NCBI GenBank assembly: GCA_964605225.1
Contig: CAZSAY010000002.1
Coordinates: forward strand, 1,748 to 65,747
Source of the DNA: an uncultured Thermodesulfobacteriota bacterium
GTDB taxonomy: Bacteria > Desulfobacterota > GWC2-55-46 > JADFVP01
Direction of reading: 5' to 3'
Length of the DNA: 64,000 nt
Shown here: positions 1-7,182 of the stretch, one piece after another
Layout: the number at the start of each line of letters is the position of its first letter
Position numbering within the stretch: the stretch's first letter is position 1
Notes under the pieces: generated by a model
Databases searched by the model: none
What the model was told of the DNA's origin: nothing
The model's input: the letters and a program-made list of their open reading frames with translations, nothing else
Position numbers and translations under genes: made by a program

Positions 1-1142
1 GGGCCATAGCCGTCACGGGCGCGGCAAAGAGGACGGTAGTCACTACGGCCTCATACGAGGCGCGCGCCTTTGGTGTGCGTACGGGTATGAACCGCTACGA
101 GGCCAGGGCACAGTGCCCTCATATCCTCTTTATCTCAGGCGATAACAGAAAATACATGGACGTCTCCACAAGGATAATGAACATCATAAAATCATTTTCA
201 CCCCTTGTGGAGGTCTACTCCGTTGACGAGGCCTTTATTGATATCACCGGGCTTACGGGCCTCTTCGGCGGCCCCCTTGATATAGGCCGCGCCGTGAGGG
301 AGCGGATAAAGGCGGAGACAAAGCTCACCTGCTCCGTGGGCATCGCCCCCAATAAGCTCATGGCAAAGCTCGCCTCCAAGTTCGATAAACCCGATGGCCT
401 TACACTTATCCGTCCATGCGATGTTGAGGGGCATCTTCGGGACCTTCCCGTAGGTAAACTCTGGGGTATCGGCCCCAACATTTCGGCGCGCCTTGGCCTT
501 ATGGGTATAAAGACATGCGCCGAGCTTGGCCGTGCGTCCGTGGGGGTATTAAGAAATAAATTCGGCATCATCGGCGAGAGGCTCGGGGCCATGGGCAGGG
601 GCGAATACGAAGACCCGGTGCGGCCAGCGGGCCTTGAGGACTCTGTAAAGAGCATCGGTCACTCCATGACCCTACCCGAGGACGTATGGGAGAAGGAGAA
701 GATAAGGATGTATCTACTGAAATTATCGGAGATGGTCTGCGCCCGGGCAAGGAGGCACGGCCTTAGGGGTTGGACGCTCTGCCTTACGCTTCGATACCCT
801 GATTTTTATACCTTCACACGGCAGAGGCGCATGAGCAGGGCTACTAACGACACGCACACCCTGTACCGGGCGTCAAAGCGGCTCATCTCGTCCATGAGGC
901 TGAAGGCCCCGCTGAGGTTAATAGGCGTAAGCCTCAAGGACATAGTCGGAGGTGCGCGTCAGTTACCGCTTTTTACAGACGAGTTGAGAAGGGAAAAACT
1001 CCTTATGGCCATGGACGAGATAAACGGCCGCTTCGGCCACTCGGCCCTTACGTGGAGCGCCCTTCTTGAGCCGGAGCGCACACCGGGCGTAATCTCCCCG
1101 GCGTGGCGGCCAGAGGGCGTAAGGAATATTGATACGGGATGA
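1..1142 (+). CDS. dinB: DNA polymerase IV (Y-family translesion polymerase), 5'-truncated by window edge
   Basis: Frame 3 is open from base 3 (AIAVTGAAKRTVVTTASYEARAFGVRTGMN...), upstream of the ORF-track start at 75. Y-family motifs are present: SVDEAFIDITG and GIAPNKLMAKLAS. Stop TGA at 1140-1142. Confidence 0.9.
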   Translation, partial: AIAVTGAAKRTVVTTASYEARAFGVRTGMNRYEARAQCPHILFISGDNRKYMDVSTRIMNIIKSFSPLVEVYSVDEAFIDITGLTGLFGGPLDIGRAVRERIKAETKLTCSVGIAPNKLMAKLASKFDKPDGLTLIRPCDVEGHLRDLPVGKLWGIGPNISARLGLMGIKTCAELGRASVGVLRNKFGIIGERLGAMGRGEYEDPVRPAGLEDSVKSIGHSMTLPEDVWEKEKIRMYLLKLSEMVCARARRHGLRGWTLCLTLRYPDFYTFTRQRRMSRATNDTHTLYRASKRLISSMRLKAPLRLIGVSLKDIVGGARQLPLFTDELRREKLLMAMDEINGRFGHSALTWSALLEPERTPGVISPAWRPEGVRNIDTG

Positions 1143-1260
1143 AGGGGAAAAGGGGGATGAGCCCCTGTGAGTTCTCCTCCTCTCTGTCATGGGCAGGGCA
1201 TATGATGGGGCAGGAGGCTTTACATGGGGCGGGGCAACCATGGATAAACATCTTTAAACC

Positions 1261-1290
1261 TTGCCTTATTTACCATGATGATTGTATAAT
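1261..1290 (+). promoter_or_regulatory. Putative sigma70 promoter (TTGCCT - 18 nt - TG-n-TATAAT, extended -10) for the acyltransferase gene
   Basis: TTGCCT at 1261-1266, TG at 1283-1284, TATAAT at 1285-1290. Lies about 87 nt upstream of the ATG at 1377. Confidence 0.45.
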
Positions 1291-1376
1291 CATCTGATGT
1301 TCGCTTCAACAAAGCATGAATCCGTTCCCCTTTTTTTGCCATCCCATTACAACTACAAGGCTATTTGAGTTAATTC

Positions 1377-2576
1377 ATGGATACAAAGGCTGGCGAATCC
1401 GCCGGGATGCTCTTTAATGAAAACTACCCGGCCCTTGATCTCTTAAGGTCAGTGGCCATAATCCTTGTGATGCTCGTACATTTTGTCAGAAGGGCCTATA
1501 TCTTGCCTTCAGAGAGCTGGCTTGGACACTTCGCCTCATGGGGGTGGAACGGGGTTGGCCTCTTTTTTGTCCTCAGCGGATTTTTAATAGGCGGGCGGAT
1601 AATAGAGGAGGCGGAGCGCGGCGCCTTCAGTTTCAAGAGATTTTACATAAAGCGTTTCTGGAGAATATTTCCACCATACTACTTTTCGCTTCTCGTAGTC
1701 TCAGTCCTTTTTTTTGTTGGTTATAAAGACAATAACGTGACACTTGTGTACGTTAAAACCGGGCAGTTTTTAACTGACCTCGTATATCACCTCTTCTATC
1801 TGCAGGACTATCTATCCTTGCACAGCATTCAAGGGGCGCTCTACTTCTCTCTCGCTATTGAGGAGCAGTTTTACATATTGATTCCATTCGTGCTCTTTAT
1901 TTTGATCAGATACAAAAGGGGATGGTTCGCCGCGGCTATGACCGCGTTAATTCTTACAGCTATCCTCATCAGGTTTGCCAGTTACAACCCTGATATTACC
2001 AGAGCATGGGAATGGAGTCTGAAAATACGGTTTCCTTTCCATACGCGTTTTGACAGTCTGCTTGTCGGCGTTCTTACGGCCTGGATCTTTATACGATACC
2101 ACAAGGCCCTGCGCTCTATCTCGGATCTACCGAGGGCGTTATTATTCATAGCTCCGGCGGCGGCCCTTGGCGCGTGTATTGTATACGGCAATGACAGCAA
2201 CAGCTACTTCAATACCTGCTGGCAGTTTACGCTTGCTAATTTGGGCTTCGCGGCTTTAATACTGCTTATGGTTACAGGGTCTTTTCGCGGCGGTTATCTC
2301 CTGGGTTTATTCCGTTTATTTTTCGCCCATATCGCGAAGCTCAGCTACACCATGTATCTATATCACCTGGTCCTGCTTTTTCCCTCGGCAAAGCTCTTTA
2401 TATGGCTTTTTCCCGGGGGCTCCACATACCCGCAGAATTTTTTCATGTTTTTTGGCCTTTATTTCCTCTCCGTAGTTCTAATATCCAATCTCATTTACCG
2501 TATTATAGACACCCCCGCCATGAGACACCGCGCAAAAATACTTTCACGGATGGACGGGGAAAGGCGGGTTTCCTGA
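1377..2576 (+). CDS. Acyltransferase family 3 (OafA/YrhL-like) integral membrane acyltransferase
   Basis: 399 aa, polytopic and hydrophobic. The N-terminal signature LDLLRSVAIILVMLVHF...GWNGVGLFFVLSGFLIG is typical of acyltransferase_3. Confidence 0.8.
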   Translation: MDTKAGESAGMLFNENYPALDLLRSVAIILVMLVHFVRRAYILPSESWLGHFASWGWNGVGLFFVLSGFLIGGRIIEEAERGAFSFKRFYIKRFWRIFPPYYFSLLVVSVLFFVGYKDNNVTLVYVKTGQFLTDLVYHLFYLQDYLSLHSIQGALYFSLAIEEQFYILIPFVLFILIRYKRGWFAAAMTALILTAILIRFASYNPDITRAWEWSLKIRFPFHTRFDSLLVGVLTAWIFIRYHKALRSISDLPRALLFIAPAAALGACIVYGNDSNSYFNTCWQFTLANLGFAALILLMVTGSFRGGYLLGLFRLFFAHIAKLSYTMYLYHLVLLFPSAKLFIWLFPGGSTYPQNFFMFFGLYFLSVVLISNLIYRIIDTPAMRHRAKILSRMDGERRVS

Positions 2577-2724
2577 AGGTCTATATCATTTTTGTTCCTT
2601 AAGAACCGTGTCTAATATCTCCGGCTTGCCGGCCCGTAAGTATGAGAAGGATATACGTTGGGTGAGGGGAAAGGGATAAGGCATGAGTTAAGGAATTACG
2701 TCATTTCCGGGATAAGGTTAAACC

Positions 2725-2754
2725 TTGTGTTTATCGGCATGGGGGTTGTATAAT
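2725..2754 (+). promoter_or_regulatory. Putative extended -10 promoter upstream of the EEP gene
   Basis: TTGTGT at 2725-2730, an 18-nt spacer ending in TG, TATAAT at 2749-2754. This leaves a roughly 150-nt AT-rich leader before the ATG at 2908. Confidence 0.4.
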
Positions 2755-2907
2755 AGAGAAAATTCAGTTCTCATTCAATATAAATCTTTCTATTTTTATG
2801 CAGTACCAGGTCCGGGGAGGTGCCCTTTATTTATCTGGCCATGAATTAATATAATTCTTTATCTCGGGCGGATTAATCAGATAATTCTTAAAAAAGGAGA
2901 GCGCATC

Positions 2908-4056
2908 ATGATTAAGATAGCGTCGTTTAATGTGGAAAACCTTTTCGCGCGGCCCAGGGTCTTTAATCCCCTTGACTGGGATGAAGGTAAGCCGATCTTG
3001 AAGGCATACGAGAAAGTAAACTCTCTTTTCGCTAAAAATACATACACTCCTGAAGATAAGGATAATATTCGCACGCTCCTTCTTGAACTTGATATCTACA
3101 GCCGCAATAGCCATGGTGCCATCCGCCGTAAACGCAGTATATCTCCGCGTTGGGCATGGCTCAGAAAAAATCGTGGCTCCTTTGATCGTCAGCCCCGGGA
3201 TAACACTAAAAGCGTAGAGTTTATTGCCAGAGGCCGTGGTGACTGGCTTGGCTGGGTTACGTTAGCCAGAGAGGCTACGGACGAAAGTTCTACACGTATG
3301 ACCGCCCGTGTTATCAAAGACCTTAATGCCGACATTATCGCTATTATTGAGGCAGAGGATCGGCCCTCGCTCGTAAAGTTTAATCATGAATTGCTGGGAA
3401 GGCTTTATAAGCATATTATGCTCATAGACGGCAATGATAAGCGCGGTATTGATGTTGGAATCATGATGGGGGGTGAGTTCCGGATTGAGTCAATGCGTTC
3501 CAATGTGGACAATCGTGATGCTACGGGTATTATTTTCAGCAGGGATTGCCCGCAGTTTGAGGTGCACACACCCGATGGAAACACGATCCACGTACTTGTA
3601 AATCATTTTAAGTCCCAGTCCGGAGGCGGCGGCTCTAAACGTCGGAGGCAAGCGGCAGAGGTGCTGAGGATTACCACCGGGTTAGTAGCCGAAGGTAAGC
3701 ATGTCGTAGTGCTTGGTGACTTTAACGAGGGGCCCCATACGGGTCAGAACTCGCCGGAAAGCCTTAAGGTATTATTTGCCGCGAACAGTCCCCTTGTTGA
3801 TTGTTATTCATTGACGGACTTCGACGTCGGTAATAGGCCAGGTACATTTAACGCTTGCGGATTGCGAGAAAGGCTTGACTACATTCTCATCTCCAAAAGT
3901 TTAAAGCCGCATTTTGAAAGTGGAGGCGTCTTTAGAAAGGGGCTCTGGGGCAGCCGCACCACCAGGCCTGATAAATGGGATACATACCCAGAGATGACGA
4001 ATTCATCTCAGCAGGCCTCTGACCACGGAGCTGTTTATATTAATCTGGATATTTAG
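2908..4056 (+). CDS. Endonuclease/exonuclease/phosphatase (EEP) family protein, cytoplasmic (no signal peptide)
   Basis: 382 aa with EEP motifs in order: IASFNVENLF (N-terminal metal-binding Asn/Glu), DIIAIIEAED, VLVNHFKS, VVVLGDFNE, LDYILIS, SDHGAVYINL (C-terminal catalytic Asp-His). SD AAAGGAG at 2893-2899. Confidence 0.8.
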   Translation: MIKIASFNVENLFARPRVFNPLDWDEGKPILKAYEKVNSLFAKNTYTPEDKDNIRTLLLELDIYSRNSHGAIRRKRSISPRWAWLRKNRGSFDRQPRDNTKSVEFIARGRGDWLGWVTLAREATDESSTRMTARVIKDLNADIIAIIEAEDRPSLVKFNHELLGRLYKHIMLIDGNDKRGIDVGIMMGGEFRIESMRSNVDNRDATGIIFSRDCPQFEVHTPDGNTIHVLVNHFKSQSGGGGSKRRRQAAEVLRITTGLVAEGKHVVVLGDFNEGPHTGQNSPESLKVLFAANSPLVDCYSLTDFDVGNRPGTFNACGLRERLDYILISKSLKPHFESGGVFRKGLWGSRTTRPDKWDTYPEMTNSSQQASDHGAVYINLDI

Positions 4057-4271
4057 GATAGTTCTCGGGAAGGGCAGGTCATCAGCCTTGTACAAGGATA
4101 GGTGAAGTGAAACGCAACCCTTCAATATTTTTTTGAATTTAGCGGGAGTTTATGTTTTCGCAATTTGATGGGTGTCACCGCTTTTCAGCCATCCTACAAG
4201 GCCCTGCCAACCTACAAGATTTTTTTTATGAGATTGAGCGTGTGGAAAGGAAAAGTGAGGAGATATTTTTT

Positions 4272-4334
4272 GTAGGGTGGGCACGGCCCACCAAATATAT
4301 AGGAATAAAAAATGGTGGGCCGTGCCCACCCTAC
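4272..4334. repeat. REP-like nested palindrome: two inverted copies of GTAGGGTGGGCACGGCCCACCA (22-bp perfect arms, 19-nt AT-rich loop)
   Basis: 4272-4293 is the exact reverse complement of 4313-4334. Each arm is itself a hairpin (GGTGGGC-ACG-GCCCACC). Related GTAGG(G/T)TGG heads occur at 4193-4218 (minus orientation), 4507-4535 and 5271-5297. Confidence 0.9.
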
Positions 4335-4500
4335 CAGGCTACTAAATATCGATGACAAGACCCCTCTTGATATCTCAACGGACGGCCAGATGCTCATGAT
4401 CGCCCCTGTGAGAGACAAGAAGAGAAAAAAGGAGTTTGAGGCGGCCCTTACAAAGGCCAACAAGAAGTACGGCCACGCCCTTAAAAGGCTTGCCGATTGA
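4312..4500 (+). pseudogene. N-terminally truncated MazE/AbrB-family antitoxin remnant (orphan, no toxin partner)
   Basis: LLNIDDKTPLDISTDGQMLMIAPVRDK resembles the second half of the E. coli MazE swapped-hairpin domain ([27 protein letters not shown]). The first roughly 25 aa (the ..WGNS..R.P.. strand) are absent. The frame is closed by TAA at 4306-4308, and the first 7 codons are the right arm of the palindrome. Confidence 0.5.
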
Positions 4501-4592
4501 AGCGGGGTAGGTTGGGTAGAGGAACGAAACCCAACGTTTTTCAATTGACGATTACCACTGTTTCGCAGCGTGGCCACTGCCCACCAAAAAGA

Positions 4593-5246
4593 ATGAATAA
4601 AAAAACTTCCACAAAAAAAATCCTCGTCCACATGTGTTGCGGCCCATGCTCCATCGTGCCTTTAAAAGACGTGCTTGGCGGAACTGCCGAGGTCTGGGGA
4701 TACTTTCATAACCCCAATATACACCCGCGCGCGGAGTTTCAAAAACGCCTCTCTGCCGCAAAAAAACTTGCCGCCATCATGGATGTAAAGGTCATCTTTG
4801 ACGAGGAATATTCACCCCGCACCTTTATTAAGGGCGTCAAGAGCACAGGGGAGGGGAGCCGCGCCTTTGGCGAGAGGTGTCTGTACTGCTACAGTAGCCG
4901 CCTTGAGGCCGTGGCGAAAAAGGCCGGCGAACTCGGCTTTGACGCCTTTACCTCTTCGCTCCTTTACAGCACATATCAGGACCACGAGGATATCAAGAGG
5001 GCGGGCAGGGAGTTTGCAGAAAAATACGGAGTAGAGTTTTTCTATGAGGACTTTCGCCTTGGCTGGAGCGAGGGCGTTGAGTACTCAAAACGCCTCGGGC
5101 TCTACCGGCAAAAATACTGCGGCTGTATCTACAGTAAGGTCGAGGCAGAGAAGGAAAAACAGGCCAGAAAAGAAGCGAAGAAACTTAGAAGAGAAGAGCG
5201 GGAAAGGGCCGAGCTTGAACTAAAAAAACTAAAGAAACACGCCTGA
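4593..5246 (+). CDS. queH: Epoxyqueuosine reductase QueH (DUF208 family)
   Basis: ILVHMCCGPCS...CLYCY...YRQKYCGCIYS cysteine pattern typical of DUF208/QueH. I chose ATG 4593 (MNKKTS...) over the track's TTG at 4497. The protein has a Lys/Glu-rich C-terminal tail. Confidence 0.8.
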   Translation: MNKKTSTKKILVHMCCGPCSIVPLKDVLGGTAEVWGYFHNPNIHPRAEFQKRLSAAKKLAAIMDVKVIFDEEYSPRTFIKGVKSTGEGSRAFGERCLYCYSSRLEAVAKKAGELGFDAFTSSLLYSTYQDHEDIKRAGREFAEKYGVEFFYEDFRLGWSEGVEYSKRLGLYRQKYCGCIYSKVEAEKEKQARKEAKKLRREERERAELELKKLKKHA

Positions 5247-5379
5247 TTGCACGGAAAACTTAATGTAACTTGTAGGTTGGGCAGAGAGAAGCTCTACGCA
5301 ACAAAAGAGTTTTTTACCTTTTTAAAAACATACATGATACCGGTGGCTAATAAAAATGCCAAAACTTAAAAAATAGAAA

Positions 5380-6585
5380 ATGAAAAATCTTATCATTGAG
5401 CCCCTCTCAACCCTACCCGTCCATGAGCGCGCCGTTGAGATAGTGGAGAGAAAGGGCCGTGGGCACCCTGATTCCATCTGCGACGCCCTTATGGAGGCCG
5501 TATCCCTCGCCCTCTCAAGGGAATACATCAAGCGCGTTGGCCGGGTCCTTCATCACAACATAGACAAGGGCCTACTTGTAGCGGGAGAGGCCGAAAAAAG
5601 ATTTGGCGGCGGCACCATTACCTCACCCATGGAGCTTATCATCGGCGACAGGGCGACTTTCAAGTCAGGGGATATTGATATACCCGTTGTCGATATCGCA
5701 CGCAGGGCGGCGAAAAAGTGGATAACCGAAAACCTGCCACGCGTGGAGACAGGCCGTGATATTAAGATACGCGTGGCCCTTGGGCCGGGCTCACCGGAGC
5801 TTACGGGTATATTTAAAGGCGCCGGCGCAACACACCTATCAAACGATACCTCCGTGGCCGTTGGACTTGCTCCTTTTACCCCTACGGAGAGGGCCGTATA
5901 TGGGCTGGAGCAATTCATCAACTCGGCTGATTTTAAGGCATCCTTTCCAGAGACAGGCACTGATGTAAAGGTCATGGGGGTGCGTACCGGCGCTACCCTT
6001 GATCTTACCGTGGCATGCCCCTTATTTGCCCCTATGATAGGTAGTGAGGTTGAATATTTTAGCCGTAAAGGAGCGATTATCAAGGGCATGGAGGTGTTTA
6101 CAAGGGAGCTTCCCTTTGATACAGTTAACCTTCATTATAACTCCCTTGATGCCGTGGGTATGGGTGAAGAGGGCGTGTACATGACCCTCCTTGGCACCTC
6201 TGCCGAGGACGGCGACTCCGGCGAAGTCGGGCGCGGTAACTCCGTTAGAGGGGTCATCGCCATGAACAGGGGAGCTACCGCTGAGGCGGCGGCGGGGAAA
6301 AACCCCGTTAGCCATGTGGGAAAGATTTACTCCATCCTCGCGCAGAAGATGGCGGACCAGATTTTTACCGCAAACCTTGCAATAAAAGAGGTATCTCTTT
6401 ACCTTGTCAGCCGCATAGGCAGGCCCGTTGATGAGCCGGCCCATATATACGTTCAGGTAGTGCCGGATAGGGGGTTTGAGGCAACGGCGGCCTCAGGCGG
6501 GATAAGAACCATAGTGGAGGGAGAACTCGCCTCCATGGATAACCTTATAAAAGAACTTATTCAAGGTAAGTATCCGGTGTGCTGA
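5380..6585 (+). CDS. mat: Archaeal-type S-adenosylmethionine synthetase (methionine adenosyltransferase, PF01941-like)
   Basis: The N-terminus [32 protein letters not shown]...LHHNIDKG matches the archaeal MAT signature (M. jannaschii [20 protein letters not shown]...LHHNTD). It does not match bacterial MetK. 401 aa. Confidence 0.85.
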   Translation: [401 protein letters not shown]

Positions 6586-6627
6586 TATTAAAGCGCTTTT
6601 AACCGCGGGCCGCTCAGAGAGGAAAGT

Positions 6628-7101
6628 GTGGATATAAAAGAGGAAATCTCTGCCGGAGGCGTGGTAGTCAGAGAGAGTAATCGGGGCCTTGAGGTGGCCC
6701 TTATATCCGTAAGGCGCGGCAAACGCTGGGGCCTGCCCAAGGGACGGCAAGAGGCGGGTGAAACATTTGCCGAGACGGCTTTAAGGGAGGTTGAGGAAGA
6801 GACGGGGCTAAAGGCCTCCATACTCGCCGGGCTTGGGACCATTGTCTTTGATTTTAACTTCAAGAACGGCGATACGCTGAGTCTACGCCATAAGGTGGTT
6901 CATTTTTTTCTCATGGAGAGTACGGGCGGCGATATCACTGGCTTTGACAGGCACGAAGTTGATGATTGCCGGTGGTTTCCCATGAAAGAGGCCCTCGCCG
7001 TACTTACCTATGATGACGAGAAAAAGCTCCTTGCAGACTCGGAAAAGTTTCTTAACGGCACGCGCTCCGTGGGAAAATCTACTATTAAAAAGGATAAATA
7101 A
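6628..7101 (+). CDS. NUDIX hydrolase
   Basis: Nudix box GLPKGRQEAGETFAETALREVEEETGL. GTG start preceded by GAGAGGAAAG. Confidence 0.85.
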   Translation: MDIKEEISAGGVVVRESNRGLEVALISVRRGKRWGLPKGRQEAGETFAETALREVEEETGLKASILAGLGTIVFDFNFKNGDTLSLRHKVVHFFLMESTGGDITGFDRHEVDDCRWFPMKEALAVLTYDDEKKLLADSEKFLNGTRSVGKSTIKKDK

Positions 7102-7182
7102 AGACCGCTCTTGCCTTTCACCCTGAATTTCGTTAATCTTTTATATTAAATTTTATATTCCAAAAAAGGACATTCAAATTAT

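Noticed and set aside
4152-4631. ORFs 4152-4355 (+) and 4212-4631 (-) in the dinB-queH islet
   Set aside because: Both read through the palindromic repeats, giving the VGWARPT / WWAVATL / GGPCPPY strings on both strands. They have no start context or recognisable domains and are translation artefacts of the REP-like elements.
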